A DNA stretch of 64,000 nt, from NCBI GenBank assembly GCA_964610305.1, contig CAZSVL010000002.1:40522-104521 (forward strand), in the 5' to 3' direction. The stretch's first letter is position 1. Each line of letters opens with the position of its first letter. Under the pieces are notes generated by a model. The model was given only the letters and a program-made list of their open reading frames with translations, was not told the origin of the DNA and did not search any database. This DNA is from an uncultured Gammaproteobacteria bacterium. Its GTDB lineage: Bacteria; Patescibacteriota; Patescibacteriia; Magasanikbacterales; JBBTXJ01. Of the stretch, positions 8,422-17,041 are shown piece after piece. The translations under genes were made by a program, and so were the position numbers.

Positions 8422-9345
8422 ATGCGTGTATCTTTTGCCGCGCTTGCGGCAGTTCTGGTGAGTGGTCAGTACGCCTACGCTCAGACTCCGGCTCCGGCTG
8501 CAGCTGCTGAGAACAAGTACGAGATCGTCCTCGTTGATCCTACTGATGATGAAGAGATCACGGGGGGCGAGCACGATGCGTCTATTGAATTCAATGAAAA
8601 GCTGCCCTGTTTTCCGGTGACTACCAAGCCAACGGCAGGTCTGGAGGTAAGGATTGCTTTTCAGGGGAAGGATCCGCGCGCTCGTAGTGCCACGGTTGTG
8701 GCGCCCGGTGTTTGTTTGGAGCTTCCGGTAGGAGTTCATGGCATGCTGCGTGGTTGCGTGATGAGCGACGGCCATTGTCACGTGGTTCGGGACTTGGGAA
8801 AGTTCACCGTGACTCGTCTGGAAAAGCCCAAGCCGCAGAAGCGGGTTCGTCCCGGTGGCAAGAGTGGCTCTTCAAAGAAGAAGGCTGCCCTTAAGCCGCT
8901 AGAGGTTCCACTGGGAGTCAGCGGCGGCACCTGCTACGATTCGGACGTGTATGAATGCGTGGGCGCAACGGGAAAGAAGCGCTCTGGCAAGTGCAGCGCG
9001 TATGTGAAAGAGGTGATCCTCTGTCCGACCCCTGGCCGCGTCTTGCTTGCAAGTGCTGATCCTCCTGTGGATCAGGCGCAGGCTGAGCGAGACGATGCGC
9101 AGGATGCGCGGATTGACGGACAGAGTGATCGGATTGGTGACATAGAAAGGCACGTGACAAGCCGGGCTGGCAACGACGATCCTCCCGCTCAGGCCGTAGT
9201 GCCTAGTGGCACTACTGATCCGTGTGTAAGAGAACGACTCAAGAGCAGGTTTTTTGTGCCTGATAGGAAGCCGGCAGCTCGCGCAGAAGCTGCAAAGCGA
9301 GAGTGCGAGATTGCTCACCGAGAGCGGACCGGCACCTCTCATTAG
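8422..9345 (+). CDS. secreted protein (signal peptide), Cys-containing, Ala/Arg/Asp-rich, unknown function
   Basis: RBS GGAGAAAAACC before the ATG. Signal peptide MRVSFAALAAVLVSGQYAYAQ. GC-rich relative to flanks. Confidence 0.55.
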   Translation: MRVSFAALAAVLVSGQYAYAQTPAPAAAAENKYEIVLVDPTDDEEITGGEHDASIEFNEKLPCFPVTTKPTAGLEVRIAFQGKDPRARSATVVAPGVCLELPVGVHGMLRGCVMSDGHCHVVRDLGKFTVTRLEKPKPQKRVRPGGKSGSSKKKAALKPLEVPLGVSGGTCYDSDVYECVGATGKKRSGKCSAYVKEVILCPTPGRVLLASADPPVDQAQAERDDAQDARIDGQSDRIGDIERHVTSRAGNDDPPAQAVVPSGTTDPCVRERLKSRFFVPDRKPAARAEAAKRECEIAHRERTGTSH

Positions 9346-9497
9346 AAAGTAAGGGTAATGGGTACTGTCACGCTGTGGCGGTACCCCTCTTTACACCGCA
9401 GCCAAGGTTTGGCTTCGGTGAGCAGAGCAGGAGGAGAGCACTTTGAATTAAGCTATAGCCACAGGGTTTGCGCCCTGCAATCCGAAAGGAGTTTGAC

Positions 9498-10112
9498 ATG
9501 AGGACGTCAACACAAGCGGCGCTGTGCGCAGCGCTCCTTCTGTGCCCAGAGTTGGCACGTGCAGATGAGAGGGTCCCTCCGCATCGTATTGATGGGTTGA
9601 GAGGCCGCGCAGCAGACCAGGAAGAAGAGACGATTAGGCGTAGCTCACGTTACTATCTTTTGGGTGGTACGTGGGGTCACTTGCGACCACATCCGGGTAA
9701 AACGGAGGGGTATCGCACGTTTGGTGGCGTAGGCTTTGGCCTGACCACGCCTTTTTATCGCAGAACAGCTGAGCTAGACGTAGAGCTTAAGGTTGGGCTG
9801 AGCGAAGCGGCGAAGACGGGCCCCGTTGTGGTGGTACGTATGCGGCCTGCGCTTGAGAGTCGTTTCCAGGCAGGTGGCGTAATTCAGTACTACTGGGACA
9901 ACAAAGATCTGTTTGATCTGGTGGATCACGGCTTTGGTGTTGGTGGAAGCTTTCTGTACACGCTGACATCTCGTCACAATGCGGCAGTCATGGCGGAGAG
10001 GCTTGATGCGTCGGTCGTAGCAGATCTAACATTGGGTAAAAATCGTTCAAAGACCGTAAACAAGAACACGTGGTCGCCGGCTTTTAGTTTGGCCATGGTG
10101 TTTCGTTTCTAG
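9498..10112 (+). CDS. secreted protein, possible outer-membrane beta-barrel (C-terminal ...FSLAMVFRF)
   Basis: AAAGGAG 6 nt before ATG 9498. Signal peptide ends ARA. Alternating hydrophobic C-terminus ending in Phe. Confidence 0.5.
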   Translation: MRTSTQAALCAALLLCPELARADERVPPHRIDGLRGRAADQEEETIRRSSRYYLLGGTWGHLRPHPGKTEGYRTFGGVGFGLTTPFYRRTAELDVELKVGLSEAAKTGPVVVVRMRPALESRFQAGGVIQYYWDNKDLFDLVDHGFGVGGSFLYTLTSRHNAAVMAERLDASVVADLTLGKNRSKTVNKNTWSPAFSLAMVFRF

Positions 10113-10117
10113 TCCGT

Positions 10118-10146
10118 GTGGTGAAGTGATCTTCACCCCTTTTAAG
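10118..10146 (+). terminator. putative intrinsic terminator
   Basis: GGTGAAG-TGAT-CTTCACC hairpin followed by CCTTTTAAG, a weak U tract. Confidence 0.4.
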
Positions 10147-10382
10147 CACATATTACTATTCATGGGCAGTAGTATATGCTTACAAGCGGACGACCACGCC
10201 GTTCTGCGTGTGTGCGAGGTATGCAACCTTCCGGTTGCATTGAGCATGGGCCTCACACCACGTAGAACGGCTTGGTCGACGCATGAGCGTAAATTAGGCC
10301 TTTACAAAACAAAGAAGACAAGTAAGCAAGAAACCGTTTCTTGGTGCGCCGAGGAAAGCGTATCAACATGCAAGGAGTTAAC

Positions 10383-12239
10383 ATGCGAAAGCTTTTTGTT
10401 CTACTGAGCGCCTGTATTTTCAGCATTGCCTGCGAGGGTGGGTGCGGCGATAACGCCGTTCCAGGAGGAGACTACGCGATCGCTGAAGGTGAGGGAGAAG
10501 GCGAAGCCGTTGCGGAGCCCGAGCCCGATCCAGAGCCTGAGTGCGATGAGAGTACGGCGTGCGATGAAGGTTTCAGTTGCGTCTCTGGCGAGTGCCGAGA
10601 AGTAGTTGAGGTTCCGGTAAAGCCTGAGTGTACTGACGATGATCCCTGCGATGAGGGCTTCCGCTGCGAGCGGGGCCTGTGCATTGAAGAGGTTGAGCCA
10701 GAGCCACTCGGCTGCACTTCTAACGCGGATTGCCCCAATCCGGCACAGTGCGATAGGGAGTCCGGTCTGTGTGTGGAGTACCGCATTCCGGATCCGGTTG
10801 AGCCGCCGTGCCGCGGCGTGGTGAGCTGCCCGTGTTACGATAACGGAACGTGTGACGACGGCGCGCTGTGCGTGGAGTCTGACAGCTCGGATATGTGTTA
10901 CCCCGATTCTGACAACGATGGCGTTGTTGATGAAGAGGATAACTGTCCGGCGGATGCAAACGGTCCGGCTGATGTTTCCAATCAGGTGGATCTGGATGGA
11001 GACGGCGCTGGCGATGCGTGTGATGAAGACGTGGACGGGGACGATGTTCCCAATGACGTTGACACGTGTCCGCGTACGCATAACCGGGATAACGATCCTG
11101 GCGCGTGCGCTCCGGAGCCTAACTGTCGGCAGAGCGATCAGTGTAATGATGGAAACGCGTGCACGGCAGATGTCTGTACGCCGCAGGGTACCTGTGAGAA
11201 TCGCCCCGTCAATTGTGACGATGGCGTGGATTGCACGGTTGATACCTGCATTCCGGCACTCGGTTGCTCTCATGAGGAGTCGGACGATCTGTGTGGTGAT
11301 GAGCTCTCGTGTTTCTCTTTTGGAGATGAGAGCGTCTGGCTGGATTTCTTTGGTGATCAGCTTGACCTTGAGTCTGGGTGCCAGCAGTGTGCCCCTGGCT
11401 TCCTTGGTAACGAGGACCAGTGTGACGACGGGGATCTGTGTACCCGAGGATCGTGCACGGATGAAATGACCTGCGAGCAGGAGCCTTTCTGCCATGAGAA
11501 TGAGCAGTGCCTGGTTTTCGGTGAGGAGCCGGACGAGGGTGAGGAAGATGAGCGGTTCGCTGCATGCGGAACGGATCAGGATGGAGACGGCTTCTTCCGT
11601 GGTTTCCGTATTCCGCTAGATGAGCGTGACTGCAATGACTGGAATGAGGACAGTAATCCGGATGCTCCTGAGCTGTGTGATCGAACTGACAACGATTGCG
11701 ATGGCGACATTGACGAGGGGTTTGAGTTTGGTTGGTGCGAGGTGGGCGTTGGTGCCTGCCGCCGTGTTGGTCAGCTCATCTGTAGCCCGGATCGTCGTGG
11801 AACGGAGTGCTCGGTCCGCGCTTGGGATCCTGATCCTGAGGTCTGCGGAGATGACATTGACAACGACTGCGATGGCGCAGTAGATGAGAACTGCAATGAT
11901 GGTGGTGGTCCTGGTCCCAATGGTGGGACGGACACCGTGCGTGTGTGCGTTCCGGCTGATCCGGGAGGCACGTGGCAGAGCAGCATCTTTGGGGATCCGT
12001 CCGGTGGGACGGAAAACCAGAATGCAGGCGCCTGTCGCGATGAGGTGACTCAGGAGCTCAATAGGAGTTTCCTGCGCTTTAACGCACGCAAGCCGAGCGG
12101 TTCGTACTGCTGCGGTTGGCATAACAACCCGGACGATGTTCGGGATACGTGTCAGGGACTGCGCGTTTACGTTGACGGCGTTGCTCAGGAGATTGAGTGC
12201 GTCAACGAGGACGGTCAGTACAACTATCGCCTTGAGTAA
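10383..12239 (+). CDS. Cys-rich secreted/lipoprotein with thrombospondin-type-3-like Ca-binding repeats and Myxococcus-type Cys-rich 'metal-binding' motifs
   Basis: AAGGAG RBS before ATG 10383. Signal MRKLFVLLSACIFSIAC. Contains [56 protein letters not shown] and CGDDIDNDCDGAVDENC. Confidence 0.65.
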   Translation: MRKLFVLLSACIFSIACEGGCGDNAVPGGDYAIAEGEGEGEAVAEPEPDPEPECDESTACDEGFSCVSGECREVVEVPVKPECTDDDPCDEGFRCERGLCIEEVEPEPLGCTSNADCPNPAQCDRESGLCVEYRIPDPVEPPCRGVVSCPCYDNGTCDDGALCVESDSSDMCYPDSDNDGVVDEEDNCPADANGPADVSNQVDLDGDGAGDACDEDVDGDDVPNDVDTCPRTHNRDNDPGACAPEPNCRQSDQCNDGNACTADVCTPQGTCENRPVNCDDGVDCTVDTCIPALGCSHEESDDLCGDELSCFSFGDESVWLDFFGDQLDLESGCQQCAPGFLGNEDQCDDGDLCTRGSCTDEMTCEQEPFCHENEQCLVFGEEPDEGEEDERFAACGTDQDGDGFFRGFRIPLDERDCNDWNEDSNPDAPELCDRTDNDCDGDIDEGFEFGWCEVGVGACRRVGQLICSPDRRGTECSVRAWDPDPEVCGDDIDNDCDGAVDENCNDGGGPGPNGGTDTVRVCVPADPGGTWQSSIFGDPSGGTENQNAGACRDEVTQELNRSFLRFNARKPSGSYCCGWHNNPDDVRDTCQGLRVYVDGVAQEIECVNEDGQYNYRLE

Positions 12240-12253
12240 GGAGAAGTAACACC

Positions 12254-12292
12254 CCGGCCCAGTGGAGTATTCCACTGTGGCCGGTTTTTTTA
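12254..12292 (+). terminator. rho-independent terminator
   Basis: CCGGCCCAGTGGAGTATTCCACTGTGGCCGG hairpin followed by TTTTTTT. Confidence 0.75.
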
Positions 12293-12299
12293 AGTAGAA

Positions 12300-12363
12300 A
12301 GTAACAAGTAACAAAAAACGCACAGTGCGAAAAATTGTTACTTGTTACTTGTTACTTGTTAAT
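12300..12363. repeat. heptamer iteron region: AGTAACA x2, palindrome CGCACAGTGCG, then inverted TGTTACT x4
   Basis: Read directly. Shares the core CAAGTWACAAAAAAC with the 8116 copy. Confidence 0.7.
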
Positions 12364-12370
12364 TTATAAT
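12342..12370 (+). promoter_or_regulatory. promoter TTGTTA-17-TATAAT built from the inverted heptamers
   Basis: -10 TATAAT at 12365-12370. -35 TTGTTA at 12342-12347, which is the first inverted repeat. Confidence 0.5.
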
Positions 12371-12376
12371 AAGAGC

Positions 12377-13753
12377 GTGTCGCTATCAGTACGACAACTT
12401 TTGGGTATTTTAGCTCTTTGTGTTTTGGGGGCGCTTTTGGCCGTGTACGCACCGGCCTTGGTGTTTGTGTTGCTGGTTTTGGCAATGGTGGTTTGGCTTT
12501 TGTCTTTTTCTGCACACGTAGGATGGTATATCCTACTTTTTTTATATCCGCTTTTGGGGTGGAGCGTTTCTCTCTCATCATTTGATTTAACTAAAGGAAC
12601 ATTTCTTGCCTCTTTTAACGCGCCGGTTGCTGATTTTTGGGCGCTTATCTTGATAACGGCAGTAGGTATTTGGATGCTTAGAGAAGATATGCGCGGTAGA
12701 GCAGTGCCTTTGCGCGCGCCGCGAGCCATGTGGTTTGGTTTTTTTGTGCTGTCTGCGCTTGTTTCATTATTCAATGCTCCTGCCACAGAGGTTTTTGATG
12801 GCTTCAGGTTTATTATTCGTAACCTGATCTTTATTTATGTGGCCTATGTGGTTTTGCCCACAGCCGCGCTCCGTAATCAGGATCAGATAAAAAAGAGCGT
12901 TGGGGTGCTATTAAGCATGGGAGTTGTGCTTATGGGTTGGGGTATTGCTTCTTTGTTTGTGCTGCAGCCGTTTTGGGGAGTGTGGCGGCGGGTGAGCCCG
13001 TTTGGCATTGGTGGTTGGGCGCCGCTTGGACTTTTTCATAATGATTTGGCAGAAGTGATGGTGGTGATGGTGCCTTTGGCTCTGTGGTGGTATGCAAATG
13101 AAAAACGCGATCATCTAAAACGTATAGCGCTGCTTTATGTAATCTTAATGACAACGCTAACGCTGCTTACCTTTAGTAGAACCGCGTGGATTGTGCTTTT
13201 TGTACAGTTGCTTGTCTATTGGATGTTGAGCGCTCAGAAAGTCAGACAGAGAGCCGCTCGTATTATAAGTCCTGTAGCTTTGATGTTGTTGATTCCCATT
13301 GGTGCGTACATGGTATTTTTTTCTGCTTCAGACTATGTGGCGTCTTCTACTTCATCAAGATTAGACATGACGCGTATTGCTCTTATGTCTTTTGCAGAGC
13401 ATCCTTTTATTGGTAATGGCGCGGGCAGACACATAGATTTAATTGCGGGAGCAGAGGCGTTTAGGATTGTGTATGGTCCGGCTTTTGATGCTCATGGGGT
13501 TATTCAAAAATTGCTCTCTGAGCAAGGTCTTTTTGGACTGATTTCCTTTTTTGCCTTTGTGCTTTGGCTTGTTTATGATATGGTTTTTGCGTATAAGCAT
13601 CAAAGAGCAGGTTCCTATAAACAGCTTTTGTTAGCACTGTGCGCCGTGGCTATTGGAGCGGTGGTGTATCAGCTATTTAATACGCAGTACTATACGGCCA
13701 AGATGTGGGTCCCTGTAGGTTTTGCGTACGCCGCATCTAGATTAAAACATTAA
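12377..13753 (+). CDS. Wzy_C/O-antigen-ligase-like polytopic membrane protein
   Basis: Multi-TM, with the O-antigen-ligase block (LTFSRTAWIVLFVQLL). The start is uncertain: GTG 12377, while the track's TTG 12335 would translate the repeats. Confidence 0.55.
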   Translation: MSLSVRQLLGILALCVLGALLAVYAPALVFVLLVLAMVVWLLSFSAHVGWYILLFLYPLLGWSVSLSSFDLTKGTFLASFNAPVADFWALILITAVGIWMLREDMRGRAVPLRAPRAMWFGFFVLSALVSLFNAPATEVFDGFRFIIRNLIFIYVAYVVLPTAALRNQDQIKKSVGVLLSMGVVLMGWGIASLFVLQPFWGVWRRVSPFGIGGWAPLGLFHNDLAEVMVVMVPLALWWYANEKRDHLKRIALLYVILMTTLTLLTFSRTAWIVLFVQLLVYWMLSAQKVRQRAARIISPVALMLLIPIGAYMVFFSASDYVASSTSSRLDMTRIALMSFAEHPFIGNGAGRHIDLIAGAEAFRIVYGPAFDAHGVIQKLLSEQGLFGLISFFAFVLWLVYDMVFAYKHQRAGSYKQLLLALCAVAIGAVVYQLFNTQYYTAKMWVPVGFAYAASRLKH

Positions 13754-13759
13754 CGTATC

Positions 13760-14974
13760 ATGAAAATTCTAATTGTATCGCAAGAAATTGCCATTGATCA
13801 GCCCGGAGGCAGCGGTAGGGTGGCGTGGGAACAGGCCAGAGGTTTAGCGCAAGCTGGGCATACGGTTGTACTGTGCGCTCCTATGCCGCGAAAAGGCTTA
13901 AAGAAAACCCAGAAAAGAGATGGCGTTACTATTTTTAGATATGGGAACGTAAAGCGGCGTGGGGTTTTAGGAAGATCATTTGCTGATATTGTGGATACTC
14001 CTGCTTTTATAAAAAAGACGCTTGCCGGCGCAAAGTATGACAAAATTATTGCTCATCACCCTCATGTAGCTTACGGGCTCTTGCGCGTTTCTGCGGCCAG
14101 GGCAATTCCGCTTTTATACGTATTCCATGCTTCTGCGGCAGCTGAAATAAGATATGAAGGGCTCTCCAGAAAGTCGCTTAGTAAATGGAATGAGTGGCTA
14201 CTGCGACCGGTGTACGTGCGCTGGACAGCATGGATTGAGAGATCAGTGCTCAAAAGAGCAAGAGCGGTGGCTGTTTTTTCTCATTTTTCTGCAAAGCTGC
14301 TTGAGGATTTATATGGAAGATCGGTTAAAGGGAAAACGGTAACCCGTTTGGCCATGGGTGTTGACATGAAGCGCTTTTCTGCGGCAAAATCAAAAAATGC
14401 GGTTCGCAAGAAGTTAAAGATTGATCAGAATAAGCTTGTTTTTTTAAGCGTACGCAGGCTAGTACCGCGAACGGGCGTTCATGTACTCATTGAGAGTTTT
14501 AGAATAGCGTATGACAGGCTGGGGGAGGACATAGAGCTTGTTATTGTGGGAGAGGGAAGAGAGCAGAAGCGACTAGAGAGCCTGAGCCGTTCAATAGGCC
14601 TGCGGAAAGTGGTGCGTTTTGTGGGAAGATCAAGCGATGAGCAGCTACCACTGTGGTATCAGGCAGCGGATGTGCACGTGATACCAACGGTTGCATACGA
14701 GGGATTTGGTGTATCAACTATAGAGTCTATGAGCAGCGGGGTGCCGGTTATTGGCGTGCCAACGGGCGCCATACCAGAGGTGTTGCTGTCATTTGATGAG
14801 CGGCTGCTTGCCGATGCTGCAAAGCCGCTTCCGCTGGCAGAGCGTTTGGTGTGGTTTGCAGAGGAGGGTGTGGCTGAAAAGTGGCCTGATCGATGCCGAG
14901 CATTTGTAAAAAGATTTTATAGCTGGTCTAAGCATACAGCGCAAGTAGAGGGGGTTTTGAAAGAAATAAAATAA
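13760..14974 (+). CDS. GT4-family glycosyltransferase
   Basis: EGFGVSTIESMSSGVPVIGVPTGAIPEV is the GT4 E-x7-E region. Confidence 0.7.
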   Translation: MKILIVSQEIAIDQPGGSGRVAWEQARGLAQAGHTVVLCAPMPRKGLKKTQKRDGVTIFRYGNVKRRGVLGRSFADIVDTPAFIKKTLAGAKYDKIIAHHPHVAYGLLRVSAARAIPLLYVFHASAAAEIRYEGLSRKSLSKWNEWLLRPVYVRWTAWIERSVLKRARAVAVFSHFSAKLLEDLYGRSVKGKTVTRLAMGVDMKRFSAAKSKNAVRKKLKIDQNKLVFLSVRRLVPRTGVHVLIESFRIAYDRLGEDIELVIVGEGREQKRLESLSRSIGLRKVVRFVGRSSDEQLPLWYQAADVHVIPTVAYEGFGVSTIESMSSGVPVIGVPTGAIPEVLLSFDERLLADAAKPLPLAERLVWFAEEGVAEKWPDRCRAFVKRFYSWSKHTAQVEGVLKEIK

Positions 14975-14980
14975 GAAGCC

Positions 14981-17041
14981 ATGAGTCTAGCGGTACTTAA
15001 TTCCTATACGCCGCACATAGAGCGCCTTTTAAAGGGCGCGATTTTGATTAATTTGGCAACTCCGTTGATTGTTTTTTTTGATATTTTGCCGTATCCCTTT
15101 GTTACCTCTAAAGTATTTTTTTTGCAGATTCTTATTTCTTTGAGCGCCTTTTTTTATGGACTACTTCTTTTTTTAGAGCCTAAGAAGTATTGGCCGCGCG
15201 TTGGGCTCTTGCATGGCGCTGTTATTTTGTATGGATGTGTGATGCTGCTATCTACTCTCTTTAGTGTAGACTCGGCCAGATCCTTGTGGGCAAATCATAC
15301 GCGCATGCTGGGGAGTTTTGCGATGCTGCATTACGGTATTTTGTTTTGGATAGTGAGTGTGCTCTATGATGAGAAATTTTCTTCTCTTTTAAGGCGTGTG
15401 CTATTAGGGGTAATTTTTGCTGTTGGTGTTTTAGCGCTTTTGGAATGGGCTGGTGTTTTATTTCCCAATAGAGAGTGGCAGCGCATTGGCAGCACCGTGG
15501 GAAGCCCATTTGGCCTTTCTCTTTTAGCGCTTTATGGCGTGGCGCTCAGTATTTTAGAATTTTATAAGAAAAAGAGGTTGTTAGCAGCAGTGCTGAGCAT
15601 TTTTTTTATTGCTCTGGTGTTTTTGACCGGAACGCGAGGAGCTGTTGTTGCAATGGTTGGCGGCGCTTTGTTTGTTGGTTTAGTGTTGGTATTGAAAAAG
15701 TCGTTGTTGAATCTTTCGCAAAAAAAAGCCGCTTTGCTTGTCGGGGCAGTATCACTTCTGTTTGTGGTCGGTCTATTTGGTGGTGTTGCAGTCTCCAAGT
15801 TGCCTGCGTTTGATACGCTCAGTAGTGCCGCAAGCATTGGATCGCGCCTTACGGCATGGGATATATCTGTTAAGGCAGCACTAAGCAAGCCGCTCCTTGG
15901 CTACGGGCCGTTTACTTTTTTGTATGCCTTTAACGAGTTTTATGACCCCGCGGCAATTAGTTTTGCTTTTGATGAAACCTGGTTTGATAATGCCCACAAC
16001 TATTTTTTTGAGCAGCTTAGCAGCATGGGAATGGTAGGATTTTTTGTGTACATAGGCATTTTTGCGCTCGCCCTATTTTATTGTTGGCGATTAGCAAAAG
16101 ACGGCAGGCAATCTTTAGCTTTGGCCTATGCCACTATTGTGGTAATGCACGCGCTTTGGTTGGTTTTTGAGTTTGAAGAAGCCAGTTCACTACTTGTTTT
16201 TGTGATAATTCTAGGCCTTCTTGCCGCATCACAGAAAAAAATGTTATCTGAGAAAAAAGTATCAAAAGCGCTTCCTCTTGTTTTAATGGTTGCCGCTCTG
16301 CTTATGGGACGATCAAGCATACGATCAGTTCAAGCAGCTGCTGCGCACCAGCAGGCACTCAATTATGCGCGCAGCGGAGAGGTGGGGGGATGGTTTGAGG
16401 CGCAAAAAAAAGCGCTCAGCAGTGCCGGACCTTACGCTCACAGTATGAGGCTAGATATGGCGCGTGTATTTTCAGAATTTGAGCTTCCGCCAGACGCATC
16501 TTCTGTGCCGCTTGTTGATGCAGTATTTACTTTTATGCGCTCGCAAATGGCGTTGTCTCAAGAGGATCGCCCTTTGGATCCGTTTGCTTATCTTTTTGAT
16601 GCCGATATTGCCCGCAGAAGGTATACTATATTTAGGGCTACGGCCGATGCTGACAGGGCTCTGCAACTTTATGAAAAAGCGCAAGAAGTCGCGCCGCGTA
16701 GGCCACAGCTTTTCTTAAGTAGTGCCTTTGCCTCTATTGATTTTAAAGAGTTTGATGAGGCAAAAAAGGAAGCGTACGCAGCTTTAGCATTAGCTCCAGA
16801 AGATGAGCGTGTGGCTAAGTTGTTGGCAGATGTTCTAGTGGGGATTTATCAAGACGGTGAGGACAAGGCTCTCTTAGAAGAAGCGCTTGGTTTGTATGAG
16901 CGTGTTTCTATTAAACGTCCACCTGGAACGTACGATGCTTTGTACAAGAGTTGGTCAACGGCGCTGCAGCTAGCCGGACAGCCAGAAAAAGCAGCTGAAA
17001 TGTTAGGCAATATTGATAATGAAAATACTACTCGTCAATAA
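14981..17041 (+). CDS. O-antigen-ligase-like membrane protein with C-terminal TPR-like helical domain
   Basis: About 10 N-terminal TM helices with the Wzy_C block (FLTGTRGAVVAM), then a soluble C-terminal ~280-aa TPR-like repeat region. Confidence 0.6.
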   Translation: MSLAVLNSYTPHIERLLKGAILINLATPLIVFFDILPYPFVTSKVFFLQILISLSAFFYGLLLFLEPKKYWPRVGLLHGAVILYGCVMLLSTLFSVDSARSLWANHTRMLGSFAMLHYGILFWIVSVLYDEKFSSLLRRVLLGVIFAVGVLALLEWAGVLFPNREWQRIGSTVGSPFGLSLLALYGVALSILEFYKKKRLLAAVLSIFFIALVFLTGTRGAVVAMVGGALFVGLVLVLKKSLLNLSQKKAALLVGAVSLLFVVGLFGGVAVSKLPAFDTLSSAASIGSRLTAWDISVKAALSKPLLGYGPFTFLYAFNEFYDPAAISFAFDETWFDNAHNYFFEQLSSMGMVGFFVYIGIFALALFYCWRLAKDGRQSLALAYATIVVMHALWLVFEFEEASSLLVFVIILGLLAASQKKMLSEKKVSKALPLVLMVAALLMGRSSIRSVQAAAAHQQALNYARSGEVGGWFEAQKKALSSAGPYAHSMRLDMARVFSEFELPPDASSVPLVDAVFTFMRSQMALSQEDRPLDPFAYLFDADIARRRYTIFRATADADRALQLYEKAQEVAPRRPQLFLSSAFASIDFKEFDEAKKEAYAALALAPEDERVAKLLADVLVGIYQDGEDKALLEEALGLYERVSIKRPPGTYDALYKSWSTALQLAGQPEKAAEMLGNIDNENTTRQ

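Noticed and set aside
10401-12323. Long antisense and alternate-frame ORFs (10401-11495(-), 10852-11469(+), 11616-12323(-), etc.) inside the GC-rich Cys-rich gene
   Set aside because: High GC suppresses stop codons in all frames. The translations are Arg/Ala/Thr-rich nonsense with no signals, while the sense frame has a signal peptide and recognisable motifs.
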